64,000 nt of DNA from Heptranchias perlo. Its lineage: Eukaryota. Under the pieces are notes generated by a model. The model saw nothing but the letters and a program-made list of their open reading frames with translations, ran no database searches and was not told the origin of the DNA. Positions 40,701 to 53,113 of this stretch are shown one piece after another. The stretch spans positions 3,782,001 to 3,846,000 of the forward strand of contig NC_090363.1 of assembly GCF_035084215.1 (NCBI RefSeq), read 5' to 3'. Position 1 is the first letter of the stretch; each line of letters starts with the position of its first letter. A program made the position numbers and the translations under genes.

Positions 40701-41016
40701 GTATTGCAGGTTTCTGGAGGCAGTGGTTCTCTTTAATTCCATTCAGTACCATTTTTAATCCGATCCTTTGCAACTACTTAGGTCCTAAAGATATTCTCTT
40801 TGTTATAATTTGACTTATTATCATCGTATCAAGGTATGTTTTGGCACAGAAGGAGGCCATTTGACCGAGTGTGTCTGTGCCGGCTCTTTCAAAGAGCTAT
40901 CAAATTAGAACCACTCCCCTGCTCTTTCCCATAGCCCTGTAAATTTTTTCCCTTCAAGTATATATCCAATACCGTTTCGAAATATACCATTGAATCTGCT
41001 TCCACCACCCTTTCAG

Positions 41017-41603
41017 GCTACAAGAGCGAGTGACTCACCTCCTGACTCCCCAAAGCCTTTCCACCATCTACAAGGCACAAGTCAGGAGTGTGATGGAATA
41101 CTCTTCACTTGCCTGGATGAGTGCAGCTCCAACAACACTCAGGAAGCTCGACACCATCCAAGACAAAGCAGCCCGCTTGATTGGCATCCCATTCACCACC
41201 CTAAACATTCACTCCCTCCACCACCGGTGCACTGTGGCTGCAGTGTGCACTATCCACAGGATGCACTGCCGCAACTCACCAAGGCTTCTTCGACAGCACC
41301 TCCCAAACCCACGACCTCTACCACCTAGAAGAGCAGCAGGTACATGGGAACAGCACCACCTGCACGTTCCCCTCCAAGTCACACACCATCCCAACTTGGA
41401 AATATATCGCCGTTCCTTCATCGTCGCTGCGTCAAAATCCTGGAACTCCCTTCCTAACAGCACTGTGGGAGAACCTTCACTACGCGGACTGCAGCGGTTC
41501 AAGAAGGCGGCTCACCACCACCTTCTCAAGGGCAATTAGGGATGGGCAATAAATGCCAGCCTCGCTAGCGATGCCCACATCCCATGAACGAATAAAAAAA
41601 AAA
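41017..41603 (+). mobile_element. 3' fragment of the 60763-63932 LINE family, inserted into a minus-strand CR1
   Basis: THLLTPQSLSTIYKAQVRSVMEYS...HHHLLKGN with a poly-A end; the CR1 sequence resumes afterwards. Confidence 0.88.
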
Positions 41604-42980
41604 ATTCCAGATCATAACAACTCCGTGCATAAAAAAATGTTTCCTCATGTCGCCTCTGGTTCTTTTGCCAATCACCTTAAATCTGTGTCCTCTGGTTACC
41701 GACCCTCCTGCCACTGGAAACAGTTTCTCCTTATTTACTCTGTCAAAACAGTTCATGATTTTGAACACCTCTATCAAATCTCCTCTTAACTTTGTCTGCT
41801 CTAAGGAGAACAACACTAAATCAGAAGCAAAACACTGCGGATGCAAGAAATCTGAAATAAAAACAGAAAATTCTGGAAATACTCAGCAAGTGAGGCAGCT
41901 TCTGTGGAGAAAGAAACAGAGTTAACGTTTCAGGTTGAAGACCTTTCGACAGTTTGATGCTGCCTGACTTGCTGGGTATTTCCTGCATTTTCTGTTTTTA
42001 TTACCAAGGAGAACAACCCCAGCTTCCCTAGATTATCCACGTGATTGAAGTCCCTCATCCCTGGTACCATTCTAGTAAATCTCCTCTGCACCATCTCTAA
42101 GGCCTTGACATCCTTCCTAAAGTGTGGTGGCCAGAATTGATCTCAATACTCCAGCTGAGGCCTAACCAGTGTTTTATAAAAGTTTAACTTCCTTGCTTTT
42201 GTACTGTATGTCTCTATTAATAAAGCTCTGGGTCCCATATGTTTTTGTAACAGTCTTCCCAACTTGTCCTGCCACCTTCAAAGATTTGTGTACATACACC
42301 CACCACTCCCCTGCCCCCGCCCCGGTTTCCCTGTTCCTGCACTCCCTTTAAAATTGTACTATTTAGTTTATATTGCCTCTTCTCATTCTTGCCACCAAAA
42401 TGTATCACTTCACACTTCTCCACATTAAATTCCATTTGCCCATTTCACCAGTATGTCATGTCCTCCTGAAATCTGTTGCTATCCTTCACATTGTTTGCTA
42501 CATTCCTGAGTTTCATGTCCTCTGCAAACTGTGAAATTATACCCTGTATACCCAAGTCCAGGTCTTTAATATATATCAAGAAGAGCAGTGGTCCTAATAC
42601 TGACCCCTGGGGAACACCACGGTATACTTCCCTCCAGTCTGAAAAACAACCGTTCACCACTACTCTCTGCTTTCTGTCCCTTAGCCAATTTTGTATCCAC
42701 ACTGCCACTGTCCCTTTTATCCCAAGGACTTCAATTTTGCTAACAAGTCTATTATGTGGTACTTTATCGAATGTCTTTTGAAAGTCCATGGAGACAACAT
42801 CAACCGCACTACCCTCATCAACACTCTCCGTTACTTCATCAAAGAACTCAATCAAGTTAATCAAACACAGTTTTCCTTTAACAAATCGGTGCTAACCTTC
42901 ATTTATTAGCCCGTACTTTTCCAAGTGCCAATTAATTTTGTCCCTGATTATTGTCTCTAAAACTTTCCCCACCACCGATT
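41604..42980 (-). mobile_element. CR1 LINE RT fragment
   Basis: NLIEFFDEVT..VDVVSMDFQKTFDKVPH..GVPQGSVLGPLLFLIYI..FAEDMKL. Confidence 0.9.
41815..42005 (-). mobile_element. Penelope family A mini-element nested in CR1
   Basis: 12-bp TSD aaggagaacaac (41803-41814, 42006-42017). Terminal segment with a degenerate hammerhead (CUGUCGA) plus a short inverted copy. Confidence 0.75.
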
Positions 42981-43033
42981 TAAACATAAAAATGAGTTAT
43001 AAATCAGGACAAAGGAACCTGTATGAATTTTAC

Positions 43034-43149
43034 CAGGATTAATGGCATCCAGCATTTCTCTCCACACTGTGTACTGTAAAGGGCCGGTGAATTTTTCGAT
43101 AGACAGGGCGGCATCTGCTAATGAAAGTACTTGATTGTCCTTGCTAATC
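43034..43149 (-). CDS. TRIM copy 1 exon 5 (116 nt)
   Basis: (R)ISKDNQVLSLADAALSIEKFTGPLQYTVWREMLDAINP; AG/GT boundaries and phases fit. Not in the ORF track. Confidence 0.88.
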
Positions 43150-43244
43150 CTGTAAATTTCAAACAGTTGGTTATAAATTGACCATAAACATATTTCTGAG
43201 TTATTTTGCCAAACTGTGCAGTTTCAGTAAAGAGCATTTCCTAC

Positions 43245-43267
43245 CTCCTCTTCCCACAAGTTTCCTC
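43245..43267 (-). CDS. TRIM copy 1 exon 4 (23-nt micro-exon)
   Basis: tttcag|GAGGAAACTTGTGGGAAGAGGAG|gtag; a 23-nt exon is typical of B30.2 TRIM genes and restores the frame. Confidence 0.85.
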
Positions 43268-44019
43268 CTGAAATAAATAAAACACAAATCTGAGCTGACA
43301 GAGACTGACTATATCCTGACAGCAGAAATTACACCCAATTTGTTAGAAGTTGCTGATAATTCTAAATTCTCACTGCTGCCGACACTGGGAAAGAAAGAGG
43401 GTATTATAAAAAAGGATATAGAAGCACTGGAGAATGTCACAAGAATTCCACCAGAACTGAGAGGGTAAAACAATCAGGAAAGACTGAACAAGAAGATTGA
43501 GAGGTGACCTGATAGAGGTCTTTAAAATTATGAAGGTGTTCGATAGGGTAGATGTAAAAAACATGTTTCCACTTGTGGGGGATTCCAATGCCAGGCGCCA
43601 TAAGAAAAAGATAGTCACTAATAAATCCACTAAGGAATTCAGCAGAAACTTCTTTACCCAGAGAATGGTGAGAATGTGGAACTCGCTAACACAAGGAGTG
43701 GTTGAGGCAAATAGCACCTATGCATTTAAGGGGAAGCTTGATAAGTACATGAGGGAGAAAGGAATGGAATGTTATGCTGATAGGGTGAGATGAAGTAGGG
43801 TGGAGGAGACTCGTGTGGATCATAAACACCGGCATAGACCAGTTGGGCTGAATGGCCTGTTTATGTACTGTAAAATTCTATGTAGGATATATTTGAAAAA
43901 CAGACAGCAGAACTTACACCAAAATTATTAAATCCATCTGATAGAAACAGGGATACAGTTGAAAATCTGATTTGTGGAACAGGTACTGGAAATCAACATC
44001 AGTCCCATTCAGACACAGT

Positions 44020-45470
44020 GGGCGCTAAATTGGGCCGTGTAGTGCCCGTTGTTATGGCGCAACGTGGCCCCACGAACAACCAAGATGGCATCTTGGCTGC
44101 GCACGCCCATTTCCAGCGTGACGTGCGCGAGACACCATCCTGGTATAGGCGTTGGAGCATGCACAAATACTGAACACCAGAAGCATGTAAAGTAAGGAGA
44201 AAATGGTTGCAATCAGTGTGCAACGCTGATTTAAAGCAATAGACACCATTTTGGCACTTAACGCTCAACTCAACGCAGAGTCTTAACCACGATCATCTGA
44301 ACGTGTCTGAGAGTACCTGGAGGACCCCCCCTATGGCTATTTAAAGGGACCATGCAGGATTTACAGTTAGTGGCTGGATTATTGCTTCTGGCTGCCAATA
44401 CATTTGTAACTGTTTTTGGAGGTCTCCTAGACTTCAATACTAGAACGTGGGGACATAGCCTAACATTTAGAGCCAGGACGTGCAGGAGTGAAGTCAGGAA
44501 ACGCTTCTACGCGCAAAGGGTGGGAGAAGTTTGGAACGCTATTCTGCCAACGGCAGTTGATGCGAGCTCAGTTGTGAATTCTAAATCTGAGATTGATAGA
44601 TTTCTGTGAACCAAGGGTAATGAGGGATATGGAGTTAGGTCACAGGTCCACCATTGAATGGCAGAACAGGCTCGAGGGGCTAAATGTCACTGCCACTTGC
44701 TGCCTCCTGTTATGTGCCACCTGCTTCTGCAAGAAAGCGGGACGTGTGTCTGGGTGATGTGCCTGCCATGGTTGAATAGCTGGCAGTGTGTGTGGCCTGT
44801 GAGTTGTGGGAGGGCGGCTTGCACCAGTGGTAATGTGTAAGGGTGAGAGGAAGTATCTGATTGGAAAAATTGAGTACTGATGGAAAGAGCTTGTCAGTAT
44901 GTGGGTGATGGGGGTGTAGTGCATGGAGCAGTGGGTGCAGCTAGTGGTGCAGTTGGTAGGAGACGCTGCTTGACAGTTGACCTCAATCACCTTGACCACT
45001 CGTGTCAAAGCATTGAACTTCTTCCTGCACTGCATCCATGTTCATGATGCTGTGTGCCTGGAATTGACTTCATCCCCTACTGCATCCCACTGCCTTTTGG
45101 GCATATGTCTGGAGGGCCTCTTGCACCCCCCCGCCCCCCCCAACCCTGTGGAGATAGGATGTCCCTCCTTCTGTCCACCTCTTGGACCAAGGTCTCTTGT
45201 GCATCATCAGAGAACCTTGGTGCATGCACTCTCGCAGGCCTGGTACCAACTCAGATCAGGAGATTGGTGAGGTCTGGTGTGCAGATTGGAGGATGTGGGA
45301 TTTAGTAGTGTGCAACCTTTCTTCAATGTTTTAACATAACTCATCAGTGTGTAAACATAGGGACAGGTCCTGCTTCTGTGTTTTATATTTGCGATTTCTG
45401 AACACTGTTCAGACTCCGTGCAGACTGCAGACTTTTATTTTTAGCAAATAGATACCGGCTACCTTTAAGA
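44020..45470 (-). mobile_element. Harbinger-like remnant with Myb/SANT-like fragment in TRIM intron 3 (mirror at about 58995-60443)
   Basis: APRFSDDALEALVQEVNRRRDIL...WEAVGDEVNS..MQCRKKFNAL in the mirror copy; similar to the ORF at 23249. Confidence 0.55.
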
Positions 45471-46055
45471 GATTTTAGGAGACATCCTCCCTTTAAGAGA
45501 TTGGGACTTACCCTGCTGGTGGAAAATGCAAGTTGCATTGAATCCTCCTGTCAAGGCTGATTTCCAAAGCTGCTTGAAGGTGAGTACTGAGGCCGGATGA
45601 AAGTCTTGTCCTGCCTGTGCAGGGGCCATTGGGTGCAGGTTAATAGCGGATCGCGCTGCCCATGCCTGAAAATAGACCTTATCCAATTTTTTTCCCCAGT
45701 GACTCTCACACCCACCATCCCAGACACACCCACACACTCACATCATGTGACTGGAACTGTGAATTCCAGGAAAATATTAAACTTGGGGAACACAGAAATA
45801 ATTACAAGCTAAGTGTGAAGATCAGGGCAACTCATTCCCGGGGGGGTTGTAGGTATTCCCGGGATTCTGTAGATATTGTGGGAGGCCGATTAGTTCGGTG
45901 ACAATAGCAGATCCAGCGCAGAATACACAAAACAATCGATCGGTTCAAATCAGTTTCGAATTATTTGGGAAATGTTACATTTATTTCAAAATTCTCGCCC
46001 ATCATTTTGTGACTGTGTGGACTTTCACTGAACTAAACTGAAATATAATCCTCAC

Positions 46056-46289
46056 CTTCAGAAATATCAGTCCGTCTTTTTGCTCCATCTGTTTTTGCAA
46101 CTTTGAGAGCTTCTCCTGAATTGAATTTAAATTCTCTTGAATTTCTCGCAGATTTTTCTTCATTGTTTCTAGAATCTTCCCCTCTTGTTTCCTGAGATCT
46201 CTGATTAAACGCTGCTCTTTCTCAGTGAGAATCTGGTGCATTTTAGCAAACTCGGATGTGATGCGGGTCTGCAGACAGTTCGACTGTTT
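46056..46289 (-). CDS. TRIM copy 1 exon 3 (coiled coil, 234 nt)
   Basis: KQSNCLQTRITSEFAKMHQILTEKEQRLI...DGLIFLK; TAG acceptor, GTGAG donor. Confidence 0.92.
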
Positions 46290-46374
46290 CTACAAAATGA
46301 AATGTGAAAAATAATAATGTATAAAGGGACAAAACTAACCGAAATCCAAGAAAATCAGCACTGGGAGACCTTAC

Positions 46375-46470
46375 CCTAACTTCGGAAATCTTCTGTTTTT
46401 GTTTCTGTTCCGTTTCGAGAACCGCCGTTTTCTTCCCTGTGAGAGAATCTAAGGAAGATTTCAGCTGATC
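46375..46470 (-). CDS. TRIM copy 1 exon 2 (96 nt)
   Basis: [32 protein letters not shown]; CAG acceptor, GTAAG donor. Confidence 0.92.
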
Positions 46471-46559
46471 CTGGGATTGGGATAGAAAATCACAGAATAA
46501 AGTGTTAGACCATGAAAATGTGATAAAATAATCAGCTGATCAAATCTGTTCCATTTTAC

Positions 46560-46967
46560 CTTGTACATTTCAACAGCTTCTTTAATCGGCATGAAGTTGT
46601 GAGATTTGTGTTCCCGCGAATCTCTACAAATAAGACAGATCAATTTCTTGTCAGTTTCACAAAACAGCTTCAGTTCTTCCTGATGTTCCTCACAGTGAAG
46701 TTTATTTTCCTTCTCTTTCCGATTCAGGTTTAATTTTCGAGCTTTCTCGGCCAGACTCGCTAAGGCCCGATTAACCCTGAGGTTTCTTTCCGGAAACTCC
46801 TCTCTACATTCCGGGCAGGAGTTTATCTCCTTTCCCCAACACTGTGTGATACAGGAGCGGCAGAAGTTGTGCCCACACTCCAGTATAACCGGATCGGTGA
46901 AGAAATCAAGACAAATGGGGCAAATTGCCTCCTCGGTCCAACTCTCAGCCTGCTGCCTGGAAGCCAT
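46560..46967 (-). CDS. TRIM copy 1 exon 1 (RING + B-box2), TRIM39/TRIM27(RFP)-like E3 ligase
   Basis: [45 protein letters not shown] (C3HC4) and [29 protein letters not shown] (B-box). The six exons join to an open 475-aa frame. Confidence 0.95.
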
Positions 46968-48129
46968 GTTCAGTCTCAGCACTTCCTCATTCAAACCCCT
47001 TTCATTTTCGATGTTACTGAGCTGCCGAACACCTTCAGACCAGCGATTTCCTGATGAAGTTCACTGCAATACTCAGGAAATTCTTATAAACTAATCCATG
47101 TCCCATCGACTTTTACACAGGGAGACAAAATCTAGAACAGTATAAAGGACAAACAGTGTTAGAGGACGGAGGGGGAGATAATTGAAAGAGGCAGGGAGGG
47201 GCAGGGTACATGGAAGGTGGGCAGTGGGAGGAGGCAGAGAGGGGGAGAGTAATTGGAGAGAGGGAGGGAGGAGGCGGAGATGGGCGGGGATCGAGATTCC
47301 ATTGCACTTCGCCCCGGACTGAATTCACTGCCGTCTGTAAACCCTCTGGTGAAACACGGTGTAAGATATAGATCAATAAACTGAATTGAGTTAATGATTG
47401 TAGCCGCTCACACTAAAACACAAAGTTCCATAAATGGTAAGGAGCTGTCTGGAAGTTATGATCAGTTTCAGTACTTCCTGATTCAAACTGCTGGTGTCTT
47501 GTTTCTGTGGGTGGATTGAGACCCGGTTCCCAGTCAGAGATCTCTCTCTCTCTCTCTCTCGTCCCTGGAAGTGCTGTTCACATCAGGATGAAATAATATC
47601 GCATTTACAAAGTGACGTTTCGGGCTGCTCCCATCATCAGACTGAGAGACAAACGGGCATTTTACTCAGGCTGGGAAAACTGAGAGGGAAAAGGAGGAGG
47701 GGAGAGGAGAGGTCAATGCCGATTTGACAGAAATCGTTCTATTCCATAAATTTTGTGTGATGAGCTATCATGTTCCAATCCTGTCTTCGTATCCAATATC
47801 AGGTAGATTTTTTCTTTGAAATCAACAGAAAGAAGAACTTGCATCTATGAAGTGCTTTTGATGACCTCAGGATGTCCCAAAGCTCTTTACAGCCAATTAA
47901 GTACTTTTAAAAAAAGTGTAATCACTGTTGTAATGTAGGAAATGCAGCAACCAATTTGCGCACAGCAAGATCCCACAAACAGCAATGAGATAATGACCAG
48001 ATCATCTGTTTTTTTTAGTGAATGTTGGTTGAGGGATAAATATTGGGCCAGGACACCTTGAGATCGTGCCTTGGGATTTTTTACATCCACCTGAGAGAGG
48101 CACTTAAACCCACAACCTTCTTCCTCAGA

Positions 48130-48237
48130 TGTGGAGATTCCACATCGTTCACCTGAGGAAGGAGGTAGCCTCCGAAAGCTTGTGAATTTAAAATAAAATT
48201 GCTGGACTATAACTTGGTGTTGTAAAATTGTTTACAA
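48130..48237 (+). mobile_element. Penelope family B mini-element with hammerhead motif (48148-48186), left arm only
   Basis: TSD ttcttcctcaga (48118-48129, 48238-48249); empty site in the right arm near 54512-54523. Reads UUCAC-CUGAGGA-A-GGAGG(UAG)CCUCC-GAAA-GCUU-GUGAA. Confidence 0.88.
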
Positions 48238-49396
48238 TTCTTCCTCAGAGGCGTGGAGTGCTCCGACTGAGCTAAGGGTGACACCTTGGCGGAATCAGTG
48301 TGCAGAACTTTCAACTTAAGCAGGAATGTAAAACTGGCATTATCGGGTCATCTGCCCATTATACACCCCGCCAGATTCTCCCTCCCGTTGAAGTTGAAAG
48401 TTCCGCCTGTTGATTTCAATGGCAATGAAAATCGCCCAGTTTTGTGCCCAGACAGTAAGTTGAATTTCAAGCCCCCCAGTTTCTGGTGGGACATTCTGTG
48501 TTCTAACAACCCTCTATGCAAAACAAAGTTCTGCTCGCCTCTCCCTCCTTCAGGATTAAGGTAGGAGTGGGTGCAAAGGGGAATGAAAGAAATGGAACAA
48601 GAGCAGATTCAAAGGTGGTGCAATGAGTTCCGTGCCTGATTTCATTCGTTTTTTTGATGGTGTTTTCTCAGGGTAATAGCTTGCACTCGCAGAAAACTCT
48701 AAGGAGTGAAGGACGTGTAAAAATAATTCCGTTTCTGATTAATGCGGTTGGGTCAGGGACCAGCAAACTTGGAGTGAACGACCAGGAGGAGCAAATCAGA
48801 GGTTTGATTCCTGTACTTCTGCTTTCTGGTCACACGATGGCGCTGCTGCTCTGGGTTTGTGAAGTTTCACCATTTACATCGTCCAATGCCACCCTCTGCT
48901 GGAGACATGCCGCCACTACAGAATCAGCGTGGGTTTTTCCCCATTCTCCGGAACAAGGGGCTTTTAACCACCTGGATTGCCCTTGCATAGAGCCAGCATG
49001 GACTCGATGGGCCGAATGGCCTCCTTCAGTGCTGTAACCTTTCTGTTTTTAAATACAGTCACAGGATGTGTACAGCCAGAGTCCACAAGCACTGGGGTTT
49101 TGACACCAACATTGCCCAACTCTGTAAATTTCTATCAGATTTGTTTGTTGTGGATTTAATTTTGTGCCTGACTGAGACTTTACATTCTGCCCACTTTCAC
49201 GACTCGTGTTAATAGTGCGGTGCAGACGGCGGGGTGTGTTATCACAGACACCTAGGGGGTAGAAACAGGCGGAATCGCATCAGCCGCCTGTTCTACGCCT
49301 CGCCCGTTTCGATTGAAGTCACTGGAAGGGAAAAAATGGCGTAAATGGATGGATAATTCAATATCGCCCATTTTACACCATCGCCCAAAGATTAAA

Positions 49397-52300
49397 CGAG
49401 CACCCGACGGACCTGAATATCACACGGGGTGTATAACGGGCGAGCACCCGACGGACCTGAATATCACACGGGGTGTATAACGGGCGAGCACTCGACGGAC
49501 CTGAATATCACACGGGGTGTATAACGGGCGAGCACTCGACGGACCTGAATATCACACGGGGTGTATAACGGGCGAGCACCCGACGGACCTGAATATCACA
49601 CGGGGTGTATAACGGGCGAGCACTCGACGGACCTGAATATCACACGGGGTGTATAACGGGCGAGCACCCGACGGACCTGAATATCGCACGGGGTGTATAA
49701 CGGGCGAGCACTCGACGGACCTGAATATCGCACGGGGTGTATAACGGGCGAGCACCCGACGGACCTGAATATCACACGGGGTGTATAACGGGCGAGCACC
49801 CGATGGACCTGAATATCGCACGGGGTGTATAACGGGCGAGCACCCGACGGACCTGAATATCACACGGGGTGTATAACGGGCGAGCACCCGACGGACCTGA
49901 ATATCACACGGGGTGTATAACGGGCGAGCACTCGACGGACCTGAATATCGCACGGGGTGTATAACGGGCGAGCACCCGACGGACCTGAATATCGCACGGG
50001 GTGTATAACGGGCGAGCACCCGACGGACCTGAATATCGCACGGGGTGTATAACGGGCGAGCACCCGACGGACCTGAATATCGCACGGGGTGTATAACGGG
50101 CGAGCACCCGACGGACCTGAATATCGCACGGGGTGTATAACGGGCGAGCACCCGACGGACCTGAATATCACACGGGGTGTATAACGGGCGAGCACCCGAC
50201 GGACCTGAATATCGCACGGGGTGTATAACGGGCGAGCACCCGACGGACCTGAATATCACACGGGGTGTATAACGGGCGAGCACCCGACAGACCTGAATAT
50301 CGCACGGGGTGTATAACGGGCGAGCACCCGACGGACCTGAATATCACACGGGGTGTATAACGGGCGAGCACCCGACGGACCTGAATATCGCACGGGGTGT
50401 ATAACGGGCGAGCACCCGACGGACCTGAATATCACACGGGGTGTATAACGGGCGAGCACCCGACGGACCTGAATATCACACGGGGTGTATAACGGGCGAG
50501 CACCCGACGGACCTGAATATCGCACGGGGTGTATAACGGGCGAGCACCCGACGGACCTGAATATCACACGGGGTGTATAACGGGCGAGCACCCGACGGAC
50601 CTGAATATCGCACGGGGTGTATAACGGGCGAGCACCCGACGGACCTGAATATCGCACGGGGTGTATAACGGGCGAGCACCCGACGGACCTGAATATCGCA
50701 CGGGGTGTATAACGGGCGAGCACCCGACGGACCTGAATATCACACGGGGTGTATAACGGGCGAGCACCCGACGGACCTGAATATCACACGGGGTGTATAA
50801 CGGGCGAGCACCCGACGGACCTGAATATCACACGGGGTGTATAACGGGCGAGCACTCGACGGACCTGAATATCGCACGGGGTGTATAACGGGCGAGCACC
50901 CGACGGACCTGAATATCACACGGGGTGTATAACGGGCGAGCACCCGACGGACCTGAATATCACACGGGGTGTATAACGGGCGAGCACCCGACGGACCTGA
51001 ATATCACACGGGGTGTATAACGGGCGAGCACCCGACGGACCTGAATATCACACGGGGTGTATAACGGGCGAGCACCCGACGGACCTGAATATCGCACGGG
51101 GTGTATAACGGGCGAGCACCCGACGGACCTGAATATCGCACGGGGTGTATAACGGGCGAGCACCCGACGGACCTGAATATCACACGGGGTGTATAACGGG
51201 CGAGCACCCGACGGACCTGAATATCACACGGGGTGTATAACGGGCGAACACCCGACGGACCTGAATATCGCACGGGGTGTATAACGGGCGAGCACCCGAC
51301 GGACCTGAATATCACACGGGGTGTATAACGGGCGAGCACCCGACGGACCTGAATATCACACGGGGTGTATAACGGGCGAGCACCCGACGGACCTGAATAT
51401 CACACGGGGTGTATAACGGGCGAGCACCCGACGGACCTGAATATCACACGGGGTGTATAACGGGCGAGCACCCGACGGACCTGAATATCACACGGGGTGT
51501 ATAACGGGCGAGCACTCGACGGACCTGAATATCGCACGGGGTGTATAACGGGCGAGCACCCGACGGACCTGAATATCACACGGGGTGTATAACGGGCGAG
51601 CACCCGACGGGCCTGAATATCACACGGGGTGTATAACGGGCGAGCACCCGACGGACCTGAATATCACACGGGGTGTATAACGGGCGAGCACCCGACGGAC
51701 CTGAATATCACACGGGGTGTATAACGGGCGAGCACCCGACGGACCTGAATATCGCACGGGGTGTATAACGGGCGAGCACCCGACGGACCTGAATATCGCA
51801 CGGGGTGTATAACGGGCGAGCACCCGACGGACCTGAATATCGCACGGGGTGTATAACGGGCGAGCACCCGACGGACCTGAATATCACACGGGGTGTATAA
51901 CGGGCGAACACCCGACGGACCTGAATATCGCACGGGGTGTATAACGGGCGAGCACCCGACGGACCTGAATATCACACGGGGTGTATAACGGGCGAGCACC
52001 CGACGGACCTGAATATCACACGGGGTGTATAACGGGCGAGCACCCGACGGACCTGAATATCACACGGGGTGTATAACGGGCGAGCACCCGACGGACCTGA
52101 ATATCACACGGGGTGTATAACGGGCGAGCACCCGACGGACCTGAATATCACACGGGGTGTATAACGGGCGAGCACCCGACGGACCTGAATATCGCACGGG
52201 GTGTATAACGGGCGAGCACCCGACGGACCTGAATATCGCACGGGGTGTATAACGGGCGAGCACCCGACGGACCTGAATATCACACGGGGTGTATAACGGG

Positions 52301-52655
52301 CGAGCACCCGACGGACCTGAATATCACACGGGGTGTATAACGGGCGAGCACCCGACGGACCTGAATATCACACGGGGTGTATAACGGGCGAGCACCCGAC
52401 GGACCTGAATATCGCACGGGGTGTATAATGGGCGAGCACCCGACGGACCTGAATATCACACGGGGTGTATAACGGGCGAGCACCCGACGGACCTGAATAT
52501 CGCACGGGGTGTATAACGGGCGAGCACCCGACGGACCTGAATATCACACGGGGTGTATAACGGGCGAGCACCCGACGGACCTGAATATCACACGGGGTGT
52601 ATAACGGGCGAGCACCCGACGGACCTGAATATCACACGGGGTGTATAACGGGCGA
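49397..52655. repeat. 44-bp tandem satellite, about 74 units
   Basis: Unit cgggcgagcacccgacggacctgaatatc(a/g)cacggggtgtataa, nearly invariant, with no spacers. Confidence 0.98.
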
Positions 52656-52797
52656 ACGATGCGATGACTAATTGATATTTGGAAACCATAATCGGTGCTC
52701 CAGGATCAGATTTGCTTTCGCGTGGGGTGCGAGTGAGGCACAGCCTGGATCATCAGCCCAAGCAGTCGGGGTCTGCCTCTGCTGTACCTGTATTACT

Positions 52798-53113
52798 TAT
52801 AAGAATATAAGAAATAGGAGCAGGAGTCGGCCATCCGGCCCCTCGAGCCTGCTCCATCATTCAATCAAATCACGGCTGATCTTCTACCTCAAAGCCATTT
52901 TCCTGCACTATCCCCATATCCCTTGATGCCTTTAATATCTAGAAATCCATTGATCTCTGTTTTGAATGCACTCAATGACTGAGCATCCACAGCCCTCTGG
53001 GGTGGAGAATTCCAAAGATTCACCACCCTCTGAGTGAAGAAATTTCTCCTCATCTCAGTCCTAAATGGCCGACCCCTTAGTCTGAGACTGTGACCCCTGG
53101 TTCTCGACTCCCC
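52798..53113 (-). mobile_element. CR1 LINE 3' fragment
   Basis: Reverse complement of the CR1 tail family seen at about 2600-2908. Confidence 0.8.

Larger units (their letters stand above)
43650..48972. repeat. Left arm of a large inverted duplication (right arm 53788 to at least 64000)
   Basis: Continuous reverse-complement similarity; mirrored ORFs appear on opposite strands (48286/54196, 47494/54936, 45662/58614, 43999/60195). The outer limit is set by the window edge. Confidence 0.96.

Noticed and set aside
49397-52655. CRISPR array or repetitive protein (MLARYTPRVIFRSVG... ORFs)
   Set aside because: Units are contiguous with no unique spacers, there are no cas genes and the context is vertebrate. 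The ORFs are by-products of the 44-bp period.
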